From an uncultured Actinomycetota bacterium (lineage in GTDB: Bacteria > Actinomycetota > Actinomycetes > JACCUZ01): a stretch of DNA of 64,000 bases. The position numbers and the translations under genes are program-made. This document shows, piece after piece, positions 10,867 through 21,450 of this stretch. The stretch covers positions 2,347-66,346 of the forward strand of contig CAVVSW010000006.1 of the NCBI GenBank assembly GCA_963751035.1, in the 5' to 3' direction. Below the pieces are notes generated by a model. That model was not told the origin of the DNA. It did not search any database and saw nothing but the letters and a program-made list of their open reading frames with translations. Position 1 is the first letter of the stretch, and every line of letters starts with the position of its first letter.

Positions 10867-12719
10867 CGCCGGTCGTCGTGGCGATCCTGGCGCCGGCGTT
10901 GGCCGCGGCGGTCGGCTTCCTCATCGGACGGCGGTGGTCCTGGTCCGCGGTGCCGGTCGCCGTTGCTGGATCGGGCCTCGCGCTCGCCGCCAGCGTGGTG
11001 CTGTGTGCCCGGGCAATCCTAGACGCACCGCTCCACGACGCGCTCCGAGGCCCCCGGGTGCCCACCGGAACCATCGAGTTCGGTCTCGACCTGCGGCTGG
11101 ACGGGCTGGCCGCGGTGGTGTCGGTCGCGGTTGCCGCGGTCGCCTTCGCGGTCCAGATCTACTCGTCCGCCTATCTCAAGGGTGACCCGCGCTACTCGTC
11201 GTACGCCGCCTTCGTCTCGCTGTTCACCGCGGCGATGCTCACGGTCGTCTTCGCCGACGACCTGCTCGTCCTGCTGGTCGGCTGGGAGGTGATGGGTGTC
11301 TGCTCCTACTTCCTCATCGGTCACCACTGGGAGCAGGAGGACGCCCGGGCGGGAGCCGTGAAGGCCTTCGTCGTCACGCGTCTCGGCGACATCGGCTTCC
11401 TGTTCGGCATCTTCGCGCTCGCCTTCGCGGTCGGCACGTTCAACATCGGCGGCGTCACCGCGGCTGCGCTCGACGGCGGCATTCCCGAGTCGACGGCGAC
11501 AGTCGCGACGCTGCTGCTGCTGTGCGGGGTGGTCGGCAAGTCGGCGCAGTTCCCGCTGCACACCTGGCTGCCCGACGCGATGGCCGGTCCGACGCCGGTC
11601 AGCGCGCTGATCCATGCGGCCACGATGGTCGCCGCGGGCATCTACCTCGTCGCCCGCCTGTACGACGTGTTCCTGCTCGCGCCGACGACACTCGTGGTGA
11701 TGGCCGTCATCGCGGCCATCACGATGCTCGGTTCCGCGCTTGCGGCGCTGGCCCAGGACGACATCAAACGGGTGCTCGCCTACTCCACGGTGAGCCAGCT
11801 CGCCTACATGCTGACCGGGCTGGCGGTCGGCTCGGCCACCGCGGCGACGTTCCACCTGCTCACCCACGCAGCGTTCAAGGCGTTGCTCTTCCTCGCCGCG
11901 GGATCGGTGATCCATGCCGTCGGGACCAACCTGATGCCCGACATGGGTGGTCTGCGGCGGGCCATGCCGGTGACGTTCGTGACGATGACGCTGGGCCTGG
12001 CCGCCCTCGTCGGGCTGGCGCCGTTGGCCGGGTTCTTCTCCAAGGAGGCGGTGCTCGGCGCCGCCGAGGAGACGGCCCTGCACGACGGACCGGTCCCCGC
12101 GTGGGCCGGCTGGCTGGTGCTCGTCGTCGGCCTGCTCACCGTCGCGGTCACGGCCGCTTACGCAACCCGGTTGTGGCTGATGACGTTCTTCGACCAGCCG
12201 CGGGGCCTGGTCGCGGCGCACGAGTCGTCACCAGCGATGCGCTGGCCGCTCATCGTCCTCGCGGTGCCGACGGTCGTGCTCGGGTTCTGCGGGCTCCGAG
12301 CCGAGTGGCTGCCGGCCTGGCTCGGCGTTGACGAGCAGCTGCAGCTCGGCGCAGTCACGAGCGTGCTGTCGACGGCGCTCGTCATCGCGGGTGCCGGTGC
12401 CGTTGTCCTGCTGTGGCGGAGGTCGCCTGCGACCGATCCGAGTGCCCGGCTGGCCGGCGTACGACCGGCCTTCACGTCCGCCTTCTACGTCGACCAGTTC
12501 TACGACCGAGCCATCGTCGGACCCGTCCGGGCCGCGACGAGAGCGGTCGGCTGGACCGACGTCCGCGTCGTCGACGCCGGCGCAACGGGTTCCGGCCGCG
12601 CAGCGATCCGCGCCGCCAACTGGCTGCGGCGGTCGCAGGCCGGCAACGTGCAGACCTACCTCACCGGGCTGCTCGCGGGCATCGTGATCGTCGCGGTCGG
12701 GGTGGTGACGCTGACGTGA
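10863..12719 (+). CDS. nuoL: NADH-quinone oxidoreductase subunit L
   Basis: [56 protein letters not shown]. Confidence 0.95.
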   Translation: MTPVVVAILAPALAAAVGFLIGRRWSWSAVPVAVAGSGLALAASVVLCARAILDAPLHDALRGPRVPTGTIEFGLDLRLDGLAAVVSVAVAAVAFAVQIYSSAYLKGDPRYSSYAAFVSLFTAAMLTVVFADDLLVLLVGWEVMGVCSYFLIGHHWEQEDARAGAVKAFVVTRLGDIGFLFGIFALAFAVGTFNIGGVTAAALDGGIPESTATVATLLLLCGVVGKSAQFPLHTWLPDAMAGPTPVSALIHAATMVAAGIYLVARLYDVFLLAPTTLVVMAVIAAITMLGSALAALAQDDIKRVLAYSTVSQLAYMLTGLAVGSATAATFHLLTHAAFKALLFLAAGSVIHAVGTNLMPDMGGLRRAMPVTFVTMTLGLAALVGLAPLAGFFSKEAVLGAAEETALHDGPVPAWAGWLVLVVGLLTVAVTAAYATRLWLMTFFDQPRGLVAAHESSPAMRWPLIVLAVPTVVLGFCGLRAEWLPAWLGVDEQLQLGAVTSVLSTALVIAGAGAVVLLWRRSPATDPSARLAGVRPAFTSAFYVDQFYDRAIVGPVRAATRAVGWTDVRVVDAGATGSGRAAIRAANWLRRSQAGNVQTYLTGLLAGIVIVAVGVVTLT

Positions 12720-14209
12720 GCGAGCTGCTCCTGCCGCTGCTGCTCGCCCTGCCCCTGGTGGGCTGCGTCGCGCTGCTCCTGCTCCCGGCCCGGCCCGCCG
12801 ACCGTTTCGCGGTCTGGATCGGCGTCGCGGTGTCGGCCCTCACCGCCGTGGTCGCGGTGTGGGCTGCGATGTCCGCGGAGGAGGTCGACTGGGAGTGGGT
12901 GCCCAGCCTCGGCCTGCGCTTCCACCTCGGCATGGACGGCATCTCCGCACCCCTCGTCCTGCTGACCGCGGGGCTGACGTTCCTGTGCCTCGTCTACTCG
13001 CTGCGGATCCTTCCCGAGGCCGGCCGGCCGCGGGCGCTGGTCGGGCTGGTGCTGCTCCTCGAGGTCGGCATGCTCGGCACCTTCGTGTCGCTGGACCTGC
13101 TGCTGTTCTTCGTGTTCTTCGAGGTCGTGCTCGTGCCGATGTGGTTCGTCATTGCGCTGTGGGGCGACGACCGTGTCCCCGGCGAACGTGTCGCGGCGGC
13201 CAACAAGTTCATCCTGTTCACGTTGCTCGGCAGCGCGGTGATGCTGCTCGGCATCCTGCTGGTGCGTGCGAAGACCGGCACGTTCGACATGGTCGCCCTG
13301 GCCGAGTCCGGGGGAGCGGGGATGTCGCGCACCGTCCAGATCCTCGCGTTCCTCGCGCTGGCTCTCGGCTTCGCCGTCAAGACGCCGATGTGGCCGCTGC
13401 ACTCCTGGCTGCCGGACGCGCACACCGCCGCCCCGACGATCGGCTCGGTGCTGCTCGCCGGCGTCCTGCTGAAGATGGGCACCTACGGCTTCGTGCGGAT
13501 CGCCGTCCCGATCGCGCCTGAAGGCGCCGAGGTGCTGGCGCCGTTCCTTGGCGCGTTCGCGGTGATCGGCATCGTCTACGGATCGCTGGCCTGCCTGGCG
13601 CAACGCGACCTCAAGCGGCTGATCGCGTTCTCCAGCGTCGGCCACATGGGCTTCGTCCTGCTCGGCATCTCCACCCTCACCCCGGTGGGCATCACCGGCG
13701 CGCTCTACGCCAACATCGCGCACGGGCTGATCACCGGGCTGCTGTTCTTCCTCGTCGGTGCCATCAAGGACCGTCACCACACGGCCGCGCTGGACGAGCT
13801 CGGCGGCGGCCTCTACGAACGCACCCCGCGGCTGGGCGGGCTGCTCGCGTTCGCCGCCGTCGCGAGCCTGGGGCTGCCCGGCCTGGCCGGCTTCTGGGGC
13901 GAGATGCTCACGCTGCTCGGTGCGTTCGACCCCGCTCCTGAGCTGAACCGCGGCTACTACCTCGTGCTGATGGCCGTCGCCGGGGTCGGACTGATCCTGA
14001 CCACGGTCTACTTCGCCGGGCTGGTCCGCCGGGTCGCCCAGGGGCAGAGCGCCACCCGGTGGCGGGAGGCGGTGCTGCTGGGTGACGCGACCCCGGCGGA
14101 GCTCGTCGTCTGGGCGCCGATCGTCGTGTTCGTCATCGTGCTCGGCCTGTGGCCCGCGTGGCTGCTCGACGCCACCGAGCCGGCAGTCCGCCAGGTCCTG
14201 GGCGGCTGA
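12716..14209 (+). CDS. nuoM: NADH-quinone oxidoreductase subunit M
   Basis: KTPMWPLHSWLPDAHTAAP, LLKMGTYG, DLKRLIAFSSVGHMG. Confidence 0.95.
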   Translation: MSELLLPLLLALPLVGCVALLLLPARPADRFAVWIGVAVSALTAVVAVWAAMSAEEVDWEWVPSLGLRFHLGMDGISAPLVLLTAGLTFLCLVYSLRILPEAGRPRALVGLVLLLEVGMLGTFVSLDLLLFFVFFEVVLVPMWFVIALWGDDRVPGERVAAANKFILFTLLGSAVMLLGILLVRAKTGTFDMVALAESGGAGMSRTVQILAFLALALGFAVKTPMWPLHSWLPDAHTAAPTIGSVLLAGVLLKMGTYGFVRIAVPIAPEGAEVLAPFLGAFAVIGIVYGSLACLAQRDLKRLIAFSSVGHMGFVLLGISTLTPVGITGALYANIAHGLITGLLFFLVGAIKDRHHTAALDELGGGLYERTPRLGGLLAFAAVASLGLPGLAGFWGEMLTLLGAFDPAPELNRGYYLVLMAVAGVGLILTTVYFAGLVRRVAQGQSATRWREAVLLGDATPAELVVWAPIVVFVIVLGLWPAWLLDATEPAVRQVLGG

Positions 14210-14211
14210 CG

Positions 14212-15696
14212 GTGATCCAGTCCATCGACTACGCCGCCATCGCGCCGGCGCTCGTCGTCGCCCTCACCGCCATCGGCGTACTGGTCCTCGACCTGTTCGT
14301 CCCGGCCGGCCGCAAGGACCTCGTCGGCTGGATCGGCATAGCCGGGCTGGTCGCTGCGCTCGGCACGCTGTTCCCGCTTGCGGGTGACGAGCGCGAAACG
14401 TTCTGCGTCCGCGGCCGGGGCCTGGTCCTCCCCGCCTGCTCCTACGTCGTCGACGATCTCACACTGGTGTTCCAGGCGCTGGTGCTCGCCGGCGCGGTGG
14501 TGGTGCTGCTGCTTTCGCTGGACACCGTGCGCGACAGCCGGATCCCGGCGGGGGAGTACTCCTTCCTTCTCCTCGCCTCGGTCTCGGGGGCGGTGACGCT
14601 CGCGGCCAGCCGCGACATCCTGACGATGGTCGTCGCGCTCGAGGTGGTGTCGCTGCCGGCATTCGCCCTCGTCGCGCTGCGCCGGTTCGACAGCAGATCG
14701 AGCGAGGCCGCTCTCAAACTGTTCCTCGTCTCGGTCGTGTCGACGGCGGTCATGCTGTTCGGGCTCAGCCTGGTCTACGGGCTGACCGGCGCGGTGCACC
14801 TCGACCGGATCGCGACCGCGCTGGCCGACCCCGGCGTGCGCAGCCCGGCGACCGCGCTGGCGGTGACCCTGGCCATCGCGGGCTTCGGGTTCAAGGTCGC
14901 CGCGGTGCCGTTCCACTTCTGGGCACCCGACACCTACGTGGGCGCGCCGGTGCCCGTCGCCGCCTACCTCTCCGTGGTCTCCAAGGCGGCCGGCTTCGTC
15001 GGGCTCGCGCTGCTGCTGACCGTGGGCTTCGAGCCGTACGCCGATGTGTGGGCGCCTGCCGTCGCGGTGATGGCCGCCGTCACGATGACCGTCGGGAACC
15101 TCGTGGCGCTGCGGCAACGGCACGCCGTGCGGCTGCTGGCGTGGTCGTCGATCGCCCAGTCCGGCTACATGCTCGTGCCGCTCGGGGCAGCCGGAGCCGG
15201 CGGCGACGCGATCGACGAGGTGCTCCCGGCAACGGTCGCCTACGTGCTTGCCTACGCCGTGATGAACCTCGGCGCGTTCGCCGTCGTGACGCTGGTCGGG
15301 CGGCACCGGCCGGCCAACCTGATCGAGGACTACCGGGGGCTCGGCCGGACCGAGCCGCTGACCGCGTTCGCGCTCGCGTTCTCGCTGGCCTGCCTGGCCG
15401 GCCTGCCGCCGGGGCTGCTGGGTCTGTTCGCCAAGGTCGTCGTGTTCCAGGCACCGGTCGAGCAGGGCGTCGGCTGGCTCGCCGTCGTGATGGCGGTCAA
15501 CGTGGTGATCGGCCTCTTCTACTACCTGGCCTGGGCCGCCACGCTCTACGCCCGCTCCCCCGACCCCGCGGCGAGCGCGGCCCGCCCCCCGTCGTACCGC
15601 ATCTCGGTTTCGGACGGCCTGGCGATTGGCATCACCCTGGGAGCGGCGATGTGGCTCTCGGTGCTGCCCCGGATGGTGCTCGAGGCGCTCGGGTGA
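14212..15696 (+). CDS. nuoN: NADH-quinone oxidoreductase subunit N
   Basis: FKVAAVPFHFWAPDTYVGAP, RLLAWSSIAQSGY. Confidence 0.95.
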   Translation: MIQSIDYAAIAPALVVALTAIGVLVLDLFVPAGRKDLVGWIGIAGLVAALGTLFPLAGDERETFCVRGRGLVLPACSYVVDDLTLVFQALVLAGAVVVLLLSLDTVRDSRIPAGEYSFLLLASVSGAVTLAASRDILTMVVALEVVSLPAFALVALRRFDSRSSEAALKLFLVSVVSTAVMLFGLSLVYGLTGAVHLDRIATALADPGVRSPATALAVTLAIAGFGFKVAAVPFHFWAPDTYVGAPVPVAAYLSVVSKAAGFVGLALLLTVGFEPYADVWAPAVAVMAAVTMTVGNLVALRQRHAVRLLAWSSIAQSGYMLVPLGAAGAGGDAIDEVLPATVAYVLAYAVMNLGAFAVVTLVGRHRPANLIEDYRGLGRTEPLTAFALAFSLACLAGLPPGLLGLFAKVVVFQAPVEQGVGWLAVVMAVNVVIGLFYYLAWAATLYARSPDPAASAARPPSYRISVSDGLAIGITLGAAMWLSVLPRMVLEALG

Positions 15697-15775
15697 GACA
15701 CCCGCCGGGAACGCCACCGCCCTCCTGATCCGTTGGCCCGGGGGAGCGCCGAGAAGAATCGTCGGGAGGGAAGCC

Positions 15776-16636
15776 GTGCACGGGCACACAAACGCCGTCA
15801 AGACAGCAGTGCTGATCGCCGCCATGTCGGGGCTGATCCTGCTGGTCGGGCTGTGGATCGGCGGCACCACCGGGCTCACCGCTGCCCTGCTCCTCGCCCT
15901 CGTGGTCAACGGCGTCGCCTACTTCCACAGCGAAAAGCTCGCGCTGCGCTCGATGCGGGCGCGCCCCGTGAGCGAGGCCGAGCAGCCCGAGATCTACCGG
16001 ATCGTGCGCGAGCTCTCCACCGCCGCGCGCCAGCCGATGCCGCGGCTGTACGTCTCCCCGACGCAGGCGCCGAACGCGTTCGCGACCGGCCGCAGCCCGC
16101 GGCACGCGGCGGTCTGCTGCACCGAGGGGATCCTGGCCATCCTCGACGAGCGCGAGCTGCGCGGCGTGCTCGGCCACGAGCTGTCCCACGTCTACAACCG
16201 CGACATCCTGATCTCCTCGGTCGCGGCCGGGCTGGCCAGCGTGATGATGTACCTCACCTACCTGGCGTGGTTCCTGCCGGGCGGGGGCGAGGACGACGAC
16301 GGTCCCGGTCCGCTCGGGCTCCTGCTGCTGGTCGTCGTCGGGCCGGTGGCAGCCGGCGTCATCCGGATGGCGATCAGCCGCTCACGGGAGTTCCAGGCCG
16401 ACGCGTCCGGCGCCGCGGTCACCGGCGACCCGCTCGCGCTGGCCAGCGCACTGCGCAAGCTGGAGCTGGGCACCCGCGCCCTGCCGCTGCCGCCCGAGCC
16501 GCGCCTGCAGACGACCAGCTCGATGATGATCGCGAACCCGTTCCGGCACGAGGGCGTCGCGAACTGGTTCTCCACGCACCCGCCGATGGCCGAGCGGATC
16601 GCCCGCCTCGAGCAGCTCGCCGGCTACCGGCGCTAG
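15776..16636 (+). CDS. htpX: Zinc metalloprotease HtpX (M48)
   Basis: PNAFATGRSP, HELSH, SRSREFQAD, FSTHPP. Confidence 0.93.
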   Translation: MHGHTNAVKTAVLIAAMSGLILLVGLWIGGTTGLTAALLLALVVNGVAYFHSEKLALRSMRARPVSEAEQPEIYRIVRELSTAARQPMPRLYVSPTQAPNAFATGRSPRHAAVCCTEGILAILDERELRGVLGHELSHVYNRDILISSVAAGLASVMMYLTYLAWFLPGGGEDDDGPGPLGLLLLVVVGPVAAGVIRMAISRSREFQADASGAAVTGDPLALASALRKLELGTRALPLPPEPRLQTTSSMMIANPFRHEGVANWFSTHPPMAERIARLEQLAGYRR

Positions 16637-16653
16637 CCCGATCGGCTGCTTGC

Positions 16654-17142
16654 TCAGCGGTAGTTGGTGAACTGGACCGCGAAGTCGAGGTCCTTGCCCT
16701 TGAGCAGCGCCTGCACGGCCTGCAGGTCGTCGCGGCTCTTGGAGCTCACCCGCAGCTCGTCGCCCTGGATCTGGGCCTTGACCGACTTCGGTCCCTCCTC
16801 GCGGATGATCTTGGAGACCTTCTTCGCGTTCTCCTGCGAGAGGCCCTCCTGCATCTCCGCCGCGATGTGGTAGTCCTTGCCGGACAGTGCCGGGTCGCCC
16901 GCCTTCACGGCCTTGAGCGAGATGCCGCGCTTGACCAGCTTCTGCTGGAAGACGTCGAGCACCGCCTTGACCCGGTCCTCGGAGTTCGCCTTCAGCTCGA
17001 TCTTGTCGCCCGACCACGCGATCGAGGCACCGACGTTCTTGAAGTCGAAGCGTTGCGCGATCTCCTTGGCGGTCTGGTTCAGCGCGTTGTCGACCTCCTG
17101 CCGGTCGACCTTGCTCACGATGTCCATCGACGAGTCAGCCAT
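16654..17142 (-). CDS. yajQ: YajQ family nucleotide/c-di-GMP-binding protein
   Basis: [42 protein letters not shown]. Confidence 0.93.
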   Translation of the reverse strand: MADSSMDIVSKVDRQEVDNALNQTAKEIAQRFDFKNVGASIAWSGDKIELKANSEDRVKAVLDVFQQKLVKRGISLKAVKAGDPALSGKDYHIAAEMQEGLSQENAKKVSKIIREEGPKSVKAQIQGDELRVSSKSRDDLQAVQALLKGKDLDFAVQFTNYR

Positions 17143-17166
17143 GACGGCGAACTTATCCGATCGGGG

Positions 17167-17847
17167 TCAGACCAGGCGGCGGTCGGTGGCCCAACGGGTG
17201 AGCTCGTGCCGGTTGGACAGCTGCAGCTTGCGGAGCACCGCCGACACGTGGGTCTCCACCGTCTTCACCGAGATGAACAGCTGCTTGGCCACCTCCTTGT
17301 AGGTGTAGCCGCGCGCGATCAGCCGCAGCACCTCACGTTCGCGGCCGGTGAGCCGGTCGAGGTCCTCGTCGACGGCGGCCACGTCGGTGGTGGCGGCGAA
17401 CGCGTCCAGCACGAACCCCGCGAGCCGCGGCGAGAAGACGACGTCGCCGCCGGCCACCCGCACGACCGCGTCGGCCAGCTCGGGGCCGGTGATCGACTTG
17501 GTGACGTAGCCCCGCGCGCCGGAGCGGATCACGCCGATCACGTCCTCCGGCGCGTCGGAGACCGACAGCGCGAGGAAGCGCACGTCGGGCAGCAGCGGCA
17601 CCAGCGCTTGCAGCACGGCGCGGCCGCCACCCCCAGGCAGGTGTACGTCGAGCAGCACCACGTCGGGTGCGGTGGCCGTGATCACGGCGACCGCACCGTC
17701 GACGTCCTCGGCCTCCCCGACCACGTCGACCGCGCCACCGAGCTCGGCCCGCACCCCGCTGCGGAACATCCGGTGGTCGTCGACCAGCACAACCCGGATG
17801 GGAGCGGCGGGTGTCTCGGCGGGCGCCGGGACGTCGGGCACGGTCAC
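17167..17847 (-). CDS. NarL/LuxR-family response regulator
   Basis: VVLVDDH, VLLDVHLP receiver; LTGREREVLRLIARGYTYKEVAKQLFISVKTVETH HTH. Confidence 0.95.
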   Translation of the reverse strand: MTVPDVPAPAETPAAPIRVVLVDDHRMFRSGVRAELGGAVDVVGEAEDVDGAVAVITATAPDVVLLDVHLPGGGGRAVLQALVPLLPDVRFLALSVSDAPEDVIGVIRSGARGYVTKSITGPELADAVVRVAGGDVVFSPRLAGFVLDAFAATTDVAAVDEDLDRLTGREREVLRLIARGYTYKEVAKQLFISVKTVETHVSAVLRKLQLSNRHELTRWATDRRLV

Positions 17848-19073
17848 TGGTCGCTCCTCGGCATCTCGAGCTGGATCTCGGTCCCCTCACCGGCGACGCT
17901 GCGGACGGCGGCGGTGCCGCCGTGGCGCTCCATCCGCCCGATGACCGACTGTCGCAGACCGAGCCGGTCCTCGGGGACGTCCTCCAGATCGAAGCCCGGT
18001 CCCCGGTCCCGGACGAACACCGTGACCTGAGCGGGCTCCACCTCGGCGTACAGCGAGATCGGCGCGTCCCCGGCGTACTTCGCCGCATTGACCATGGCCT
18101 CGCGCGAGGCCAGCAGCAGTGCGCGCAGGCCGTCGTCCACGGGGCAGTCGCCGACGACGACGACGTCGACCGCGACCCCGTGGGCGTCCTCGACCTCGGC
18201 GGCGGCCGCGGCCAGCGCCGACTCGATCCGCGCGTCGGGGTCGGTGACCGGCCGGTAGAGCCAGGACCGCAGGTCGCGCTCCTGTGCGCGGGCCAGCTTG
18301 GCGACCTCCCGCGGGTCGTCGACGTTTCGCTGGATCAGGGTCAGCGTGTGCAGCACCGAGTCGTGCACGTGCGCCGCGACCTCGGCGCGCTCCTGCTCGC
18401 GGATGCGCGCATAGCGCTCCGACGCGAGGTCCCGAGCCATCCGCAGCCACCAGGGTGCGCTCACCAGGGCCAGGCCGGCGACCACGACGAGCGCCGCCAC
18501 CAGCCCGCCGGCCGTCCCACCCAGGTTCGCCGGACCGGCCAGCAGTGCGCCCAGTCCCACCAGGAGCAGCACGACGCCGGCGGCGACGCGGAGCGCGCCG
18601 GAGAGCCGCGACGTCCCTGCGGCCTCCCGCCAGCGCTTGCGGGCGTCGTCGTCGGCCTGTCGCCACAGGATGGCCACGCCGACACACACCAACAGGAGCG
18701 GCACCGCCACATGCGGGTTGAAGCCGATGCCGATCGCGGAGAGCGCCAGCAGCACCCCCGCGGGGAGGAAGACGAGCGCCAGCAGCATGGGGACATCGCG
18801 GTCCCGGCTACCGGCCTGGTCGCCCTCGAAGGGGTTCTGCGGCGCGAACACCCAGAAGAGCCCGTAGGCGACGACGCCGGCACCGCTCGCCGCCGTGAGC
18901 ACGATGAACGCGATCCGGACGAACAGCACGTCGACACCGAGGTGGTCGGCGAGGCCGCGCGCGACGCCGGCCAGCACCCGGCCGTCGCTGGTGCGGTACA
19001 GCCGCGGCGGCGGTGGGGCCGTCTCCGGGGCATGCGGGAGCGCCGCCGCCGTGGGTGCTCCGGTGGTGTTCAC
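17844..19073 (-). CDS. PspC-domain membrane sensor histidine kinase
   Basis: N-terminal PspC (LYRTSDGRVLAGVARGLADHLG), TM helices, H-box AAHVHDSVL, EAMVNAAKYA, DRGPGFD. Confidence 0.92.
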   Translation of the reverse strand: MNTTGAPTAAALPHAPETAPPPPRLYRTSDGRVLAGVARGLADHLGVDVLFVRIAFIVLTAASGAGVVAYGLFWVFAPQNPFEGDQAGSRDRDVPMLLALVFLPAGVLLALSAIGIGFNPHVAVPLLLVCVGVAILWRQADDDARKRWREAAGTSRLSGALRVAAGVVLLLVGLGALLAGPANLGGTAGGLVAALVVVAGLALVSAPWWLRMARDLASERYARIREQERAEVAAHVHDSVLHTLTLIQRNVDDPREVAKLARAQERDLRSWLYRPVTDPDARIESALAAAAAEVEDAHGVAVDVVVVGDCPVDDGLRALLLASREAMVNAAKYAGDAPISLYAEVEPAQVTVFVRDRGPGFDLEDVPEDRLGLRQSVIGRMERHGGTAAVRSVAGEGTEIQLEMPRSDQ

Positions 19074-19106
19074 CCCCTGATCCTCCCCTCTGAGCGGGTT
19101 GCCCGC

Positions 19107-19171
19107 ATCAGGCACGACGCCCCAGACCGACTCAGGGTCGGCTCAGGGAGGTTCCAGGGATGACACCTGAT
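19107..19171. promoter_or_regulatory. Putative response-regulator binding array in the psp divergon
   Basis: ATCAGG 19107; CTCAGGGT 19131, CTCAGGGA 19142, TCCAGGGA 19153 (11-bp phase); CCTGAT 19166. Confidence 0.55.
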
Positions 19172-19204
19172 GTGCATGCGGCCGGGTGCAGCGACGATGA
19201 CGGC

Positions 19205-20492
19205 ATGAGCGAACAGAGCACGACGACCGGCCAGACGATCCCGCCCCCGCCGGGGCCGCCGCACAGCACCTACCCGCCGCTGCACACGCTGCGCCGCAGC
19301 CGGACCGACCGCAAGCTGTTCGGTGTCGCGGGTGGCCTCGGCCGCTACGCAGGCATCGACCCGCTGATCTTCCGGATCCTGTTCGTCGTCCTGGCGATCT
19401 TCGGCGGGTCGGGCATCCTGCTCTACGCCCTCGCCTGGCTGCTCGTGCCCGAGGATGGCGAGGACCTGTCCGAGGCCCAGCGCCTCTTCGGCGGTCGCAC
19501 GAGCGGGTCGAAGCTGGGCACCGTCGTCGCCGGCGTGGTCGTGCTCATCCTCGGCCTGGTCCTGATGGGCAGCCTGCTCGACACCGGACCGGGCCTCGGC
19601 GGCCTCGGGGCCGCCATCATCGTCGCCGTGATCGTCCTGCTCGTCGCACGGGCCGGACCCCGGACCGAGGTCGGCCAGGCACCACAACAGCCGTACGGCC
19701 CGGTGCCACCACCCGAGCCGGGTGCCTACGGGCAGACGCCGGGCACGGCCTACGCCGTGGGCCCGCCGGTCACCACGACCGCCCCGCTGCCGCCGCCCTA
19801 CCTGCCGCCGCCACCGCCGCCGTACCCCCCGCCGCCCGTCGCCTACGTCCCGCCGCCGCCGAAGCCGCCCAAGGAGCGTTCGATCCTCGGCCGGGCCACC
19901 GTGTCGGTCGCGTTGATCGTCGTGGGAGCTGCTGATCGCCTGGAACGCGGCCAGTGACGACGACGTCAAGGCAGTGGCCATCCTGGCCAGCGCGCTCGCC
20001 GTGGTCGCGGCCGGGCTGCTGGTCGGCGCCTTCCGCGGCCGGGCCAGGGGGCTGATCGTGCTCGGCATCCTGCTGTCCATCGCCACCTCGGCGATCGCGA
20101 TCGCCGACGACCATCTCGTCGGCGGCGTCGGCGAGCGCGACTGGGCGCCTCGGACCGTGGCGCAGGCGGAAGCACGTGACTACCGCCTGGGCATCGGGGA
20201 GGGCCAGCTGGACCTGAGCCGCCTTCCTGCCGGCAGCACGGCCGACGTGGTCGCGAAGGTCGGGATAGGCGAGCTCCGGGTCATCGTCCCCAGCGATGCC
20301 CGGGTGGTGGTCGACGGCCACGTCGCTGCCGGTGTCATGCGCGTCGCCGGGTCACCGACCCTCGAGGACGACGACATCGACCAGGTGATCACGATCGACC
20401 CCGTGGCCGGCTCGGCCGCGACCGGGACCGAGATCATGATCGAGGCCGAGGTCGGCTTCGGAGAGCTGGAGGTGCGCCGTGCGTCGTCATGA
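19205..20492 (+). CDS. PspC-domain membrane protein with C-terminal LiaF/DUF2154-like domain (frameshift ~19929)
   Basis: LRRSRTDRKLFGVAGGLGRYAGIDP; Pro-rich linker; YRLGIGEGQLDL and VGIGELRVIVP; two ORFs joined by removing one base. Confidence 0.85.
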
Positions 20493-20757
20493 CCTGGATC
20501 TCGTGTCCCTGATCACCGGCGCGGTGTTCGCACTCGTCGCGGTCGCCCACCTCGTGGGCGCGGCCACCGGCGACTCGCTCGACCCGCTGTGGCTCGCGCC
20601 GGCGTTGCTCATCGGTCTCGGCGTCGCCGGCCTGGCCGGTGCGCTGCGCTCCGGCGGCCCAACCGACGACCACCGAACCGACGACCGGGCCGAGGACCGA
20701 AGCGAGGACCGAAGCGAGGACTCAGCATCGGTGGAGGACGCCACCACGAGCGGGTGA
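20479..20757 (+). CDS. Small two-helix membrane protein of the PspC module
   Basis: MRRHDLDLVSLITGAVF, two TM segments, overlaps upstream stop. Confidence 0.75.
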   Translation: MRRHDLDLVSLITGAVFALVAVAHLVGAATGDSLDPLWLAPALLIGLGVAGLAGALRSGGPTDDHRTDDRAEDRSEDRSEDSASVEDATTSG

Positions 20758-20791
20758 CCCCCGCCGGTCGGATATCCTTCCGCGGTGCAAA

Positions 20792-20873
20792 GGCAGGTTG
20801 CCCGAGTGGCCAAAGGGAGCGGACTGTAAATCCGCCGGCTCAGCCTACGTTGGTTCGAACCCAACACCTGCCA
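20792..20873 (+). tRNA. tRNA-Tyr(GTA)
   Basis: GGCAGGT...ACCTGCC acceptor stem, CTGTAAA loop, long variable arm, GTTCGAAC. Confidence 0.96.
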
Positions 20874-20881
20874 CGGCGTTC

Positions 20882-20913
20882 GAGGGCGCGCTCCGAGCTC
20901 GGAGTGCGCCCTT
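20882..20913 (+). terminator. Hairpin after tRNA-Tyr
   Basis: gagggcgcgctccg-agct-cggagtgcgccctt inverted repeat. Confidence 0.55.
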
Positions 20914-20964
20914 GAACTGAATCGCTGCCCCTGGCCGCAGGCGTGTATCCTCGGCCTGCGCTTC

Positions 20965-21037
20965 GCCCCCTTAGCTCAGTCGGCAGAGCGTCTCCATGGT
21001 AAGGAGAAGGTCTACGGTTCGATTCCGTAAGGGGGCT
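20965..21037 (+). tRNA. tRNA-Thr(GGT)
   Basis: GCCCCCT...AGGGGGC stem, ATGGTAA loop, GTTCGATTC. Confidence 0.95.
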
Positions 21038-21093
21038 CTGGGTCGACCGGCACCGCCAGCCGGGAGACCTGGCTGGAAAACGCAGACCGACCC

Positions 21094-21167
21094 GGCGGAG
21101 TAGCTCAGCCTGGTAGAGCAAGCGGCTCATAATCGCTGTGTCGCCGGTTCAAGTCCGGCCTCCGCTA
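21094..21167 (+). tRNA. tRNA-Met(CAT), elongator type
   Basis: GGCGGAG...CTCCGCT stem, CTCATAA loop, GTTCAAGTC; lacks initiator features. Confidence 0.92.
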
Positions 21168-21235
21168 CACGTACGCGCACCACTCGACAGGAAACGGACC
21201 GACCGGTCCGCCCGACAAGGCAAGGAGCTCGCCAC

Positions 21236-21403
21236 GTGGCCAAGCAGACGGATGTTCGCCCGAAGATCACCCTGGCGTGCGTCGAGTGCAAGGAGCGCAA
21301 CTACATCACGCGGAAGAACCGCCGCAACGACCCCGACCGGCTCGAGCTGAAGAAGTTCTGCCCCCGGGACCGCAAGCACACCCTGCACCGCGAGACCCGC
21401 TGA
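21236..21403 (+). CDS. rpmG: 50S ribosomal protein L33
   Basis: Read manually: [55 protein letters not shown]. Confidence 0.96.
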   Translation: MAKQTDVRPKITLACVECKERNYITRKNRRNDPDRLELKKFCPRDRKHTLHRETR

Positions 21404-21450
21404 CCGGGCGGCAGACCGGGGTCCTGCGCCAGGGCCCGGTCCCCGCGCTG

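Noticed and set aside
20792-21167. tRNA cluster as an integration site for an island
   Set aside because: No integrase and no duplicated tRNA 3' end seen nearby; absence of encoded CCA ends is ordinary in actinobacteria
21236-21403. L33 with CxxC...CxxD instead of four Cys
   Set aside because: A known variant of the Zn-ribbon in actinobacterial L33
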